Part shown: positions 1 through 13,490 of the stretch, piece by piece | Position numbering within the stretch: position 1 is the stretch's first letter | How the letters are laid out: the number at the start of each line of letters is the position of its first letter | Source of the DNA: Callorhinchus milii | Lineage: Eukaryota | NCBI RefSeq assembly: GCF_018977255.1 | Contig: NW_024704742.1 | Location: 73,596,001 to 73,660,000, forward strand | DNA: 64,000 bases | Direction: 5' to 3' | Notes under the pieces: model-generated | Seen by the model: only the letters and a program-made list of their open reading frames with translations | Databases searched by the model: none | Told to the model about the DNA's origin: nothing | Program-made: the position numbers and the translations under genes

Positions 1-284
1 ATATATATATACATATAATCAAGTTGTTGGTGGTGGTGGTGGTGTTGTGAGGGGGTGACACGGAAATTATCAGAGAAGTCAGTTTAGTCAGACTTACTAA
101 AGGAACACGCTATAATACACAGAAAGTAGAATGATTTAAAAAGGAATATTGAGGATCTGAGCTCATTTGCAAGGATTATTATTTGATCAATGTTTTATTT
201 TACTGGATATTCAATGCTGGGTTGCCATTCTAGTTTTTTTAGCAGCTACATCAACTGGCATACTTTTGTTATAATAATAATAAT

Positions 285-580
285 AATACTCCTTGCATTT
301 GATATAGCGCCTAATCACGTCTTTGAGACGTCTGAAAGCGCTTCACAGAATATACTGTAAAGTTTGTTGTCTGTGTATTTTGTGGGCAAAATGTGACAAC
401 CAATTGTCACAGCAGTGTCCCACAAACAGTCATGGATTGATTGACCAAATATTTTTTAAAGGGATTATTACCCCGGAAAAGTCATCTGCCAATTGACTAG
501 CAACCGAGTTTCTACTTACTGTTAGGTAAATTGAGGCATGTGGAGTAAGAAAATTTGCCCAACGTTTCGCCCTGTCTCAC
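285..580 (-). mobile_element. tRNA-type SINE family A, 5'-truncated copy
   Basis: Matches copies at 21075-21395, 33440-33810, 51410-51747 and 55812-56175. Shared tail reads ccttgcatttgatatagcgcc...aagcgcttcacagaatatactgtaaag on + and ends in (AAT)n. Confidence 0.8.
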
Positions 581-1459
581 ACAAACAAAATGAGGGTTTG
601 CTTGAACAAGCATCAGCCCAAGGATAAGATGTAGAACTTGCAGCATGTATGTCAGCAAAGTGTACATTGATTCTATTCATTCTTTCAGAGGAAGAGAAAT
701 GAGAAGGACAAAGCACGAAGAAAGAGGCCGGTCGTGGCTCCTTCGAGGACAGGCAGCTTGTGAACAGCTTGTGAACTAGCAATCCCAGACACTAGGAATC
801 TCAGGGGGGGAAATGAGCTGTAAAGAGAGATAATAGAATACTAACATTTAGTTATGTTTTGCTTTGTAGTCATAGAGACTGGAAGAATATTGCTTTGTTC
901 TCTGCGCAAAATAAAATACTGAAGAAAATGACTTAGATACATACTGAACATCATGATTACCATCCAGTTGGCTGCAGACTTGCAAAAAGGAAACAAATGC
1001 TGGTTTGTTGAAAAATACAGCAAGGTCAGAAGACTGTGAAAGACTAATGCTGACAGCAAGCAGTCTGTTCATTTTTCATGTGAAGTTGTTACTTTGTCAG
1101 CCTGTGCGATGGTGGCATAGAGCCTGACAGTACAGCAGTTATCGGAGAGAATTTGTTTGGGGGGGTTGTTCACCTGCATGCAATCTCCTTAGTCCTCTAG
1201 AGGACATCTATAGAGATCACAGTATAACCATTGAGAGGGCTATGCTCACAAGTCAATTGCAGGTACTAGAAATATATCCCATCTTGATAAAATATTCAAT
1301 GACTTTTTCTATCAAGAGATAACTATTGCCCCAGAGATAAAAAGATAAACACTTTCTACTTAAAAAAAATGATGGATTTCTATTTTTAATAATCTGAATG
1401 TCTACAGCAGGGTAGGCCAAGATTTGTTCAGTGTGATTAAAGCAGTAGCTTCAGAACTA

Positions 1460-1660
1460 CCCTCCAGGTGGGGTGGGGGGGTGGGGGCGGGAGAGGTGTA
1501 CAATCTCCTTAGCACTGAGCTGGCTCCAAAGGAATGTTGGAATTGAGTCAACCCTCTGTTGCAGTCTTGGTTGTCCAGTTTCTAAGACAGACAGGTCTGC
1601 AGTACTCCAGGGCACTGCTGCCGACAGCACGGCCAGCCTGGCTCTTCGGCGAGCAGAAGA
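1460..1660. repeat. Unclassified interspersed repeat, copy 1 (diverged partner at 2575-2760)
   Basis: Colinear similarity with 2575-2760 (atctcctt...ctga.ctggc...ggaatgtt.gaattga.tc...agtactc..gggcactg.tg...gcctggctc). Confidence 0.55.
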
Positions 1661-2574
1661 TTGTGGGTTCATATCAAGGCTTAAAGTCATAATCTAGGTT
1701 GACACTGGAAGAGAGCTTTCACTTCGGTGAAATTGCCTTCCTTCAAATGAAACATTAAACAAAGAGAGTCTAAGTGGACCCTAAAAAATAGGCTCCAACA
1801 TTCCCCAGACTGACACGAGAAGAATGGTCAATTGGACAAAGCAACAAAGGAAACATAGCACCAGTACAAGGAAAAGGAGTCCAAAATGTTTTCAGGGCAG
1901 GAGGAAGAGAGGGCGTAAAAACAAATCAGGCAATAATACTCCTTTTGTCCCGAGCCATGCATAAAAATATTTAATACAAAAATGAATTACTTCTGAAAAA
2001 ACTAGTAACAGGTTGGCAAGGACCCGGCAATCAGTCTTGTTTTAACATATGAGCATATTTTGATATGAATTCTGGCAAATGTCACATAGTGCTGGCTATA
2101 TATTGGAGCTAAGGTCTGATAGAGCTGTTTTTAACTTTTATGCTGTCTTGAAGTGCTGAATGTATGGAGGCTGAGTCATGGGGTCCTGGTCTGTCTAAGG
2201 TAGTACAGCAGTGGATCTTTGGATCACAGCCTTGTGTGCTAAGGTGATGCACCATGTAAATGTGCTTCTGAAATATGCTTGAATAGACAAGCCTGTCATG
2301 TTTAGTTACTGTTTCTACTGAATGTGCCTTTGGCTTCTAAGAAAACTATGTCTACTTTTGCCAATGTTATTATTTCCTGCTCTGAAACATCCAGTTATAT
2401 TTCTGTGCTTCTCAGAGACAGCACCTTCTGACTTCCTCACATTGTTTAACGATGGGTGAAACATTTTATAAGACTGTCAAGATGGTGATCATTGGCAGCA
2501 CTAATAAACTTACTTATGTGTAATGGGGATCCCACCATAAACACATAAATATCCCAACTAAAAACTCTTCTCTT

Positions 2575-2760
2575 GGGGTGGGAGGGGAGGTAAGTGGGAT
2601 CTCCTTGAAGCTGAACTGGCATCAAGGTGATATGGTTAGCAATGGAATGTTAGAATTGACTCGGTTCTCTGTGACGGTCTCTGTAGTGCAGTTTGTAACC
2701 AGGCGGGTCCATAGTACTCTCGGGCACTGTTGACTCCAGACCGGCTCGCCTGGCTCATCA
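2575..2760. repeat. Unclassified interspersed repeat, copy 2
   Basis: Colinear similarity with 1460-1660. Confidence 0.55.
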
Positions 2761-3264
2761 ATCAGACTTTAGTGGGGCAAACTGGGGCCCGGAATTCTTT
2801 CCACATTTCCTGCAAGCTAAAGCCCTAATGGGTGGCCCCACCTGGACAAGCAATGGGAAGCTTGCCAGATAGTGCTTTACATGGTAAACTGTATAGTTTT
2901 AGCTGGTTAAACTCCAGCAGTACCCCTCTGCATCCCCAGGCAACCTACGGTTAATACTCCGGATTTAATTAAGCAGGGTACGTGTCCCCCCCCAAGGAGA
3001 GAGTGTGTATTCCATTCCTGATATAGGGAAACCTTCAGGTATAGGTGACATAAATATGTGGGAATCTGTCCAGTTTGGATACTCTTAAGAATGGTGATAC
3101 GTGTCTTCATGTGTCGGGCTCAGACGTGACCAAAAAAAATGTCACTTGTATTTACTATAGGCGCATCATAGATCGCAATGATATATCTCAAAAGCTATCA
3201 ATGTAGTGATGTGCTGAGACCTCAATGGTATGTTTTTTGTAAAGCTCTAAGTTATACACATCAG

Positions 3265-3525
3265 CGGTCGGGCCTCCAGTTTCTCTGCCCCCACCCTCTG
3301 GAACTCCATCCCCTTTGCCTTGCTTTCTCCTTTGCCTCCTTCAAGGCATGTCTCAAGACCCTCCTCTTCGACCGGACCTTCAGCCACCTTCTAACTGCTA
3401 CCCTCCCCACTCCACCCTCCTGTAGTCAACCCCCTGCTCAGGTCCAAATCCCTGACTGTCCAGCGCCTTGGGATGTCCTCCCGATGTGAAAGGTATGATA
3501 CAAGTGTAATTCATTGTTGTTATCT
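3265..3525 (+). mobile_element. L2 LINE 3'-end fragment
   Basis: Translates to ASFKACLKTLLFDRTF, followed by the L2 tail cagcgccttgggatgtcctcccgatgtgaaagg...ttgttgtt. Confidence 0.8.
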
Positions 3526-6500
3526 TAGGCATCTTTATTTTAGTCACCTTGGACACACATTTCAATACATTGGATATAGCAACAACAATAATAATCCTTC
3601 CATTTGACCCAGGGTCAAAATTACTTAAAACATTCACAGTAAAATATTGTGACTATGTATTTGCAATCAAACACGTGATTTGCATTAACTCATATACCTT
3701 CGGGGGTTATCTCCTCTTAACCAATGTTATTGAAATATTGCTCACCTCTGTCTCAAGCAGAAAATTATTACAAAATATAAGAAAAAATAATATACATATT
3801 AGAAAAATAATGAAAATAATGAAAGGTGACAGATAGAAATATTAGGATGTAAACGTTTCTTTGTTGAACTATCAGAATCCTTCTTAATTCACTAATATGC
3901 AGAGGAAATGCAATATATATTGGATCTAAAATCACAACTGACTGTGTAGGCATAATATTCTGAATCTGGTTAGAATAGCTGCAAGCACTCAGAAACATCA
4001 CAGACTTATTTGATTTTTAAGAAATAAGAACTTTATACATTTCAATAGTTCCTGATCATGTCAAAAGATCTCGAAGCTTTTGAGATCATTGCTGTGAAAT
4101 GTAGTGACTGTTTTTATGCAACAGCGCTGGATTTAATTGCTGCATTAGCCGTTGTAGTACAGCAAGATCCCACAGACAACCATGAATGACCAATTTATCT
4201 GGAGAATTGTTGACTAGGTCAGTGAGAGAAATTGTTTGATTCTGGCCCTTTTTACATACTTTGTTAGCTTTTGAGACTTGCTCTTAACTATACTTTACTG
4301 TAAATATCGGATTGGGTCCGATATGTGACCAGAAGTTGCAATTAGCACATTGAATCATATTTGCAAATATCACTCATTAAATTGTGTAGTCACTTACTAA
4401 TACTTAAATGATTTACTTAGTATTGAACCACAGTTGAATTTTAAGTGATCATTTAGTAATGGAGCTGAATTTGACTCAGAATTGGTAGATTTGCACTGCA
4501 GTAATGATAGTGCTCAGCCCCACGTTACACTGCATTTTTTGCAGCAATTAAATCCAGTGCATTTTTAGGGCCAATTCTGCCTTTGAACCAAGTGTGTTTT
4601 CTCACAGGGTTGTGACATTAAATTCCACACTATCCTGCCATATTGCAACCTGAGAATCCTCAACCCACATGCTTCAGATTATTGTATACTGGGGGGTTAT
4701 GTCTAATGAAATGAATCAGTTCCCAGCAGTCCTAGATTTACAGAGCGAATCTAGGATATCCCCCACAGAGCAGTCACTTTAGGAAACCTTGATTATTGTA
4801 TACACAACACGACTCCCACAACTGCAATACTTTCTGAATCAATTAAAATTGTAATGATAACAGTACAACAATATTACCTCACCATTCAGAGGGCTAAATA
4901 GCAGTGACATAAAATTCAAATTTAGAGATATTACTGATAAAGGATAATATTAGGAACACTAGTGTTAAAATATGCAGTGTGTGATTTCAGGAATTTGAGG
5001 CTTTCCCAGTTTTATTATCATGGTAATAGAAAGATCAATATCTTGCATTAACATGGGCATATTTGCATTCTGAAATCAAATTTATGTTGAATGTAAGCTT
5101 TAATCCTGTTGTAATGGAGCACCACCAGCTGGGACACATGGACACACTAGTCTTTCATTAAGTTCTTCACCTCAATTGTATTTCATGTTTTTCAAAATCA
5201 AGGAACAAAAAGGTGGCTTTCGATTATCTGGATTCAAGTGTTTTTTTTTTGATTGAGAAAAGTGGCTCTTCAAATCATTTGTTCCACAAATGAGCATAGA
5301 TTTAGTCTGGATTGCATTTCACTGCGAAATACTGTGTTTCGCCCACAAATATACAGTCAATTCACTTCACAATATATTCTATGAAGCGCTTTGAAACACC
5401 TAAATGACATGGTAAGATTATTCTTATTACCTGGCAGAAGGAAATAAAGCCTTGTCTGAATGTGGTGCTTTTTCATCTGCATCATGGAATGCGGAGGTCA
5501 CACGGCAGAACATTCCCGTTTACAGGGAATCTGACCAAATTTGCTGCCTGCATTCCTGATGTTTGCACGAAGTGAGAGACTGACAGGTCAGAAGTGATGC
5601 AGTTCATTTTCCACAGCATGGTGCACTGCTTTGGATTTGAATTGCATCTGTCAACACAATGCTAAGTACATGTGTTTTGGACAGACTGCTTGGCACGCCT
5701 TTGATCCAGCATTCACTTAAAATCTATGAAATAAATATGATTGAATTTAGGAACCTTTGAGGATGGAATGCAGCATAATTCAACTGCAGTGCGTTGTTAG
5801 ATTAATGAGGAGGCAATGAGAATATGCATTAGTATGTGTGGGAGGAAGGCAACCCCAGTGATATCACACTGGTTGCAGATCTCTGTACAGACTTGAATTG
5901 AACATATAGCAGAAGAGCACAACTCACCAAATTGGATTATAAAATCTTTAATGGCACCTGATCAAGGAATAACTTGTTTCTTCAAAACAGGGTAGGTAGC
6001 GAAAGTTGGTGGTGGTGGGGACATTTGTAAACACTGACAAACATTATGAGGGAATCAGTAGTGTATAGATACTCCGTGAGCAGTTCTCCGTGCTTATAGC
6101 ACCATCAATCAAGTGGGAAGAGTCATAGCCTGGTATGCTTGGGGCCTTCTGACCAGGTTGTTAGCGATGTGAACAAGCCAGCCAGACGTAGTAACTATAC
6201 ACTGCAAAGGGTTTGCAAGGCTGGAACCCAGATTTATCAATTGAACCCAGGAACCTGTATTTTATTAGCAACTGCCCAATGTGCCGAGTCCTGTGGCTCT
6301 CATACTCCCCAGCCCCACCACTTTAACCAACCTCCTCCCACCAGTGTCAATCTCTGCCCAAAACACTCTTTCAGGCAGTCAGATGGGGTAATTACAGACG
6401 TTATTGCAAAGTTAGGTACACAACAAACACACCCCACCACACAACACAATTGCCATCTTCAGAAATAACAGGTAAACTATTATACAGAGTCTCATTGTTT

Positions 6501-7574
6501 GGTCAGCGTGTAAACTGTTGCTACAGAACATATGAAATATAGCCAGTATGCAACTGCAATAGGACCCTGTGATTTCTGAAGCTATCATGCTATCGGTAAT
6601 GTTCCCTTTTGTGGCAAGGTGCTGAACACATCATTCCCACCAACCTCACACTCACCTTGACAGCCAACCATCAGTCATTCATATCAACAACAACAACAAT
6701 TTGCATTTATATCATGCCCTTCACATGGGGTAGCATCAGTGAACCATCCACTGTTCAGAATGTGCTGGGAACGTTATAACAAACAATCCCACAAAACATG
6801 AAATGCGCTGGAGCAAACCACATCAGACATCGGCAAAACGAACAGGCTTTCCTTAATCCTGATAGTGAAACAACAGATCTGTGTGATGAACAAGCCGACA
6901 GTCAGGACTAGAGTCCCCAAAACACGTTTAACAAAAACATTTGCATTTAAATCGCAACGTTCACATAAAACAACATCTCAAAGGATGACAGCTCTATCTG
7001 ACCCCTAGTCAGTGACTTTTTTTGACAGCCGGGTATTTGACACATACGGAAACCCATCGCCATGCTTAAGATTATATCCAAGCCAAGCTGAGAATTCCAT
7101 GTATCTCACCAACACAGTCAGTGACCCAGACACTCTAATGGAGTAGAAACAGCATGGGATTGAGGCCATAGCTCAACAATATGGTAAACTCATGATATAT
7201 CATCACTCCAAGGGAAAAGAGCTCAGGGCTGACTATATAGGCATGAGTCCTCTGAGGCATGACTGGCTGAACTGTGCAGGAAAGTCTGTTTCGATATTAT
7301 ATCTGATATTTGACTTACTGGGATGTTTAGAATGCATCTTTATCTGTTGCAAGCAAGCTCTGAAATAAAGGAGGGGTTCCTTATTCACATTTTGCATGGG
7401 ATGTGGCCGGATATTGACAGTATGGTGATATAAGCCAAGGTCTTATCATTAGGAGTTCACTGTATTCAACCCAATTTAGAAAACAATGCAAGCCCATGAC
7501 CATACCCTACAGCTTTATAATTCAAGAGTGTGCAGGTTGAGTTTAGTGACAGATTTAGATGTATTAAAATAGAT

Positions 7575-9015
7575 TCATAGAATGTTACGGCACAGAAGGA
7601 GGACATTCGGCCCATCTTTGACAGAGCAAGTCACTTTCACTAACCCCAATCACCAGCTTTCTCCCCAAAACCCTGCAAACCCGTCTTCCCCAGATACCTA
7701 TCGAGTTTTCTCTTAAAGGCTGTTATCGAATCGGATTTCACTACCCTTTCAGGCAGATCCATGTAAATAACGTCCACCGCATTTCCCTCATCACCCCTCG
7801 CAGTCACCTCTTCAAAAAATTCTATTAGTTGGCTGTCTCTAATTACCTCGTGTTCCTCTAAGTAGAGATTTATTCTGTCTCGAATTATGGTCTCCAGTAG
7901 CTTTCCTATTACCGAAGTTAGGCTGACTGGCCTGTAATTTCCGGGTTTGTCTTTCTGCCCCTTTTTGTAGAAGGGGGTAACATTAGCCACTCTCCAATCT
8001 CTTGGCACCACTCCTGTATCCAATGAAGATTGAAATATAATGGCCAAAGCCTCTGCTATTTGAACCCGTATCTTCCACAGCAATCTTTTCAGAACTTCCT
8101 CTCTGTCTATAGTAATCTGATCTATTTACTCTGCTCCTCTATCTCACTCCGGCTGTCTGGTGGTCTATAGTAAACCCCTATCAGTGTAACCACTCCTTTC
8201 TTATTTCTTATCTCTAACCAGATGGATTCTGGTGTCGGGCCCTCCAGAGCCTCGTTCCTTTCTACAGCTATAATTGTATCCTTAACTAATATTGCCACCC
8301 CTCCTCCTTTTCTTCCTTCTCTATCCTTTCTGAACACATTATATCCTGTAATATTTAACTCCCATTCCTGTCCTGGCTTGAGCCATGTCTCAGTTACTGC
8401 CACCACATCGTAACCCCCGACGGCCAGTTGAACCTGCAGCTCATCAACCTTATTCCCTAAACTACGTGCATTTAGGTACATGCATTTGAGGAAATTGTCC
8501 GCTTGTACCTGCTCTACACTTCCCACTTGTCTTTTTCCTTTAATCTCTAATCCATTGTTTATCCTTGGATACCCATCCCCCCTCAACACTGGTTTAAATC
8601 CGCCCCTACAGCATTTGATAGTCTCTTGGCAAGGAGCTCACCCCTGCCTTGTTTAAGTGCCGCCCATCCTCAAGGTAAAGATTCCACCTCCCCCAGTAGT
8701 GGTCACAATTGTCCAGAAAATGGAAACCTTCTTTTCCGGACCATTTCTCCAGCCAATCGTTCATGAGCCTGATCCTTTCATTATGGTGCCTTGTTGCCCG
8801 AGGTACCGGGAGTAACCCAGAGATCACCACCTTGGATGTTCTGGACTTGAGTTTGCTCCCCAGCTTTTGATACTCGCCCTGGAGCATCTCAGCCCTCTTC
8901 TTACCAATATCGTGGGTCCCCACATGGACCACGACTTCCGGACATTCTCCTTCCCCCCGAAGAATCTTGTCCATGCGCTCTGTGAAGTCCACTACCCTTG
9001 CACCAGGAAGGCAAT
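7575..9015 (-). mobile_element. CR1 LINE, internally deleted copy (ORF1 esterase piece + APE endonuclease N-terminus + RT pieces + 3' end)
   Basis: ORF 8606-8992 VVVHVGTHDIGKK..SKVVISGLLPVPRA is CR1 ORF1 SGNH/esterase-like. ORF 8122-8589 LKCMYLNARSLGNKVDEL..VAVTETW..GVYYRPP is APE. ORF 7640-8083 VPRDWRVANVTPFYKKG..PGNYRPVSLTSV is RT. CR1-type 3' end gatgggccgaatg..ttctatga at ~7575-7616. Confidence 0.92.
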
Positions 9016-9974
9016 AATTTGTTGTTTATATAAGATTTACAAACTTTGTAGGAAAACAAAAAGTACATTTGGCTGGAATGCAAGAAGACACCTTTGGACT
9101 AATTCAGTTAGAAAAAGGAGTCAAGAGAGAATGATAAGGGTGTAGGAGCAGTTGAAAAACACAAACACAAAAGTCTTCCAATATAATACCACAGGATAGT
9201 GCAAGAAAGAGGTTAAATCTTAAAGAAGATCCTGAGCATAGCGAAGTACCAGCATGCTGAATAGTTAGCTGGGTAAGTAGAATCAAGCCAACAGGAGAGA
9301 CAAATCTGATGACAGCTGAGTATTAAACAGAAAAGAACTGCAGTGGGCAGGGTGTGGGCCCGAGGGAAAGACAAAGCAAGCAGACTGGAGGAGACTGAGG
9401 TAGCTAAGCAAATTGACTCAATTTCGAGCAAAGTTCATGAGCTGCTTACATTTTGAATTCAGAGACACAGCAAAATCAGGAAGACAGGCTAAGGAGTCCT
9501 ATTCCAGCCAAGTCCAGCCCTGGTGAACAGTTCAACTTTGCTTGCTCTGCGTTGAATGTTTGAAGTTTTACAGCTGGAAACAGATTACCTTGGAACTATA
9601 TATATATATGCACATGAGTTAGTCTTTTGATTGACTTTATCCTCTTTTATACTTTAAGAGGCTCATTTACATTCATTACATCAAGAACATTAAATGAGCA
9701 CTAGCATTAGAATTCTAATGGGATCCACTGACCTAGTTATATTAAAAAAACTACAGCTAAATATTCGAGCATTTAATCTTTAGGTTTTTAACCCCTATGT
9801 AACTTGACTGAGCTATATTATAGTTTAATAAACACGTTGAGATTATGTGTCATAGAACCAAACAATAACTTTAAATTTACCAAATGCTCATACACAAAAG
9901 TATTTTTAGTGTCATTTCACTAATTTGTAGGAGGAAACGATGATCTATAATGAAACCTTATTGTGTATAGCATA

Positions 9975-10718
9975 ACAACAATGACAAAAATGACAACAAC
10001 AAATTACATGTGTACAGCGCGTTTTATGTAGGGAGGTTGTCCCAAGGCACTAGACAGTCAGGAATTTGGACCCGAGCAGGGGGTTGATATCAGGATGGGT
10101 GGATGGCATGGGTAGGAGGATGACCAAAGGTGGGATCAAAGAGGAGGGTCTTGAGATGTGCCTTGAAGGAGGCAAGGGAAAGAGCAAGGCAAAGAGAGTG
10201 TGGGATGGAGTTCTAAAGAATGGGTAGAGAGGCTGAAGGCCCGACGCCGATGGTGGGACAGGATGGACAGGGGACATGGAGCAGGCCGGAGTCAGCTTAG
10301 TGGAGGGATCGGATAGGTTGATATGGAGTTAGCAACTCACAGAAGTAGGAAGGAGCAAGACCGTGGAGGGCTTTGAAGGCAAGGATAAGGATTTTGAACT
10401 CTATCCTCTGGGGCATGGGGAGCCAATAGAGTTGGGTGAGGGTGGGGCTGATGGGGTCACGGAGCCTGGTTCGGGAGAGGACACAAGCTGTAAGGTTCTG
10501 GATGATCTGCAGCTCGTGGAGGGAAGAGTTGGGGAGGCCGACAAGCAGGGAGTTTGCATACTCGAGCCTAGATGAATCGAATGCATGAATGAGGGTCACA
10601 GAAGCCTGAGGAGAGAGACAATGGCAGAGTCGGGCAATGTTGTGGAGGTGGGGGAAGGCAGAGCAGGTCATGGCACGAATGTGGGGTAGAAAGGATAGTT
10701 GAGGGTCAAACATGACAC
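9975..10718 (-). mobile_element. L2 LINE, 5'-truncated
   Basis: ORF 10297-10713 [40 protein letters not shown]; (CAA)-rich tail at ~9975-10003. Confidence 0.9.
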
Positions 10719-11490
10719 CAACAACAACAACAACAAAATTACATTTATAGAGCGCCTTTCACATCGGGAGGACGTCCCAAGGCGCTGGACAGTCAGGGGT
10801 CAGGACCTGAGCAGGTGGGAGGGGTGGAGTAGGGGTGAGGGAAGACAAAGAGGTGGGAGGGCGACCAAAGGATAGGTCGAAGAGGAGGGTCTTGAGACCG
10901 GCCTTGAAGGAGGCAAGGTGAAGAGAAGGTGAAGAGACTGAGGGATGGAGTTCCAGAGTGTGGGGGCAGAGAGGCTGAAAGCCTGGCCACCGATGGTAGG
11001 GCAGGTCGGGTGGGAGACATGGAGCAGGCTGGAGCCCGCTGAATGGAGTGAGCGGGCAGGTTGGTAGGGAGTCAGCAGGTCAGAGAAGTAGGAGGGGGCA
11101 AAGCCATGGATGGCCTTGAAAGTGAGGACGAGCATCTTGAATTCAATCAGTGCAGTTGGGTGAGGGTGGGAGTGATGGGGTCACGGAGCCTGGTGCATGA
11201 GAGTACACAAGCTGTAGAGTTTTGGGTGATCTGCAGCTTGTGAAGGGAAGAGTTGGGAAGGCTGATGAGGAGGGAATTTCCATAATCGAGCCTTGATGTG
11301 ATGAATGCGTGGGTGAGGGTTTCGGCAGCCTGAGGAGTGAGGCAGTGGTGGAGTCTGGCAATGTTACGGAGGTGGTGGTAGGCAGTGCTGGTCATTGCGC
11401 GGATGTGGGGGAGAAAGGAGAGTTCAGGGTCAAACAAGACACCCAGGTTCCGGACTGTCTCAGTGAGGTAGAGCGTGCAGCCATGGATGG
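10719..11490 (-). mobile_element. L2 LINE, 5'-truncated, abutting the previous copy
   Basis: (CAA)n tail at 10719-10736; ORFs 10800-11135 and 11147-11437 (SRLDYGNSLL). Confidence 0.9.
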
Positions 11491-12029
11491 TGAAAAGAAA
11501 TAGTTCATTCTAGTCACACCAGATCATAATACCATTTTCTATAGACCGTCTCTGTGCTACTTATTCACAAATTTACTGGCACACAAATCTTTTTTGTCAT
11601 TCAATGTGTCCCTTTGTTGAACATTTCCTGTAAACTGCCCTTTAAAAGCTGTGCTAAATCCGACTGAATTATTTAGCTCACACTTTGTTTGGGATCTTGA
11701 TGGTCCAATCAATGCTGCAGGCTCAGAAGTCCAAGAACCACATGTGTCTCAGTAAGTAATGAATAATAAATAATAATAACTCTTGTAGTTGATATAGCAC
11801 TTTATCATATCATTAAAATGTCTCAAAACACTTCACAGGATTTTACTGTAATATGTAGTGATTGTCTACATGTAGGCAATGCGACAGCCAATGCAGAGCA
11901 ATGATTAAATGATCACTTTTTATCTAGAATGGAAGGGGAGGGTCCGATATTTTGGCTGCTGAGGCAGGATGCCACACTTGGGAATCGTCCACCGACCACA
12001 TAAGCAATATTTTTGTGTTTCCCTTCCAG

Positions 12030-13490
12030 AAACACTTACACAGCGCCTTTTCATGTCAGAAGGGTGTCTCAAGGTGCTCAACACTTCCAGCTGGCCATTC
12101 AAGCTGGGGCTGGGAGCCAAGAGAATTGGGATGGGGAAGGGAAAAGATAACTGAAAGCGTGGTGAAAGAGTTAGGTCTTGATGTGCCTGAAAGAGGGGAG
12201 GAAACAACAACAACAACAAAATTACATTTGTATAGTGCCTTTCACGTCGGGAGGACGTCTCAAGGCGCTGGACAGTTAACCGCATTTCAGACCCAAGCTG
12301 GGGTCAGGGGGGAAAGGGAGGGCAAGGGGAGGGGTATGACCGATGCCATGGTTGAAGAGGAGGGTCTTGAGGCAGGACTTGAAGGAGGCTAAGGAGGAGG
12401 TGAGGCGGAGTGACTGCGGATGAAATTCCAGAGATTGGAGGCAGAGTGGCTGAAGGCTCTCCTGCCAATGGTGGGGCGGGTGGGGCGGGAAACGAGGAGC
12501 AGGACAGAGCCGGCTGAGCAGAGGGAGCGGGCGGGTTGGTAGGGGGTTAGCAGGTCGCAGAGGTAGGGTGGGGCGAAGCCATGGAGGGCTTTGTTGGTGA
12601 GGACCAGGATCTTGAACTGGATCCTCTGAAGGATAGGGAGCCAATGGAGTCGGGTGAGAGTGGGGGATGTGGGGTCACAGAGTTTGGTGCGGGAGAGGAC
12701 ACGGGCTGCAGAGTTCTGGATTATCTGCAGTCTGTGGAGGGAGGAGTTGGGAAGGCCGACAAGCAGGGCGTTTGCATAGTCGAGCCTGGAGGTGATGAAG
12801 GATGAACAAGAGTTTCAGCGGCCTGAGAGGTGAGGTGGTGGCGGAGTCGGGCGAAATTACGGAGGTGAGGGAAGGCAGAGCGAGTCAGGGCTTGGATGTG
12901 GGGAAGAAAAGACAGTTGAGGGTCAAACAAGACACCGAGGTTCCTGACTGGCGGTGAGTTGTAGTGTGCAACCATGGAGGTTGATGCTGCCAGAGCCTGA
13001 GGTGCAGAGGCGCTGGCGCGAGCCAATCAGGAGGGCCTCAGTCTTGTTCACATTCAACTGTAGGAAATTTCCCCTCATCCAGTCTGTCAGGACAGCAGTG
13101 GTCCTGGGGTTGAGGGTGGAGGCAGAAAGATAGGGTAGGGTGTCATCTGCATGCATATGGAAGTTGACCCCATGTCTGCGGATGATGTCACCAAGGGGGG
13201 ATCATGTAGATATTAAAGAGGGTCAAGGACAGAGCTCTGGGGGACGCCAGAGTGACAGTGCGGGGGCTGGAGGAGAAACCGTTAGAGGCAACAAAGTGGA
13301 GACGGTGAGAGAGATAGGAATCGAACCAGGGAAGGGCAGGCCCGCGAAGCTCCAGAGAGCCGAGGCAAAATGGCAGCGGGGCCATGTGGTGGGGGGACAT
13401 GGTGCTTGCTGGGCAAAGGGAGTCGCCAGGTTGAGAGGTCGCAGAGGTAGGGGGGTGGGGGTGTGGGGAAGGGGAAGGGGAATGAAGGAC
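12030..13490 (-). mobile_element. L2 LINE fragments (short 3' piece plus 5'-truncated copy 12205-13490)
   Basis: (CAA)n tail at ~12205; ORF 12923-13156 MHADDT..WMRGNFLQLNVNKTEALLIG (RT, YADD-equivalent motif). Confidence 0.88.

Noticed and set aside
689..780. Plus-strand acceptor followed by a short basic peptide (RKRNEKDKARRKRP...)
   Set aside because: It could be a terminal exon, but nothing in the window supports it.
9020..9900. Possible solo LTR (AATAAA at ~9829)
   Set aside because: No second copy, TSD or clear TG..CA boundaries identified.
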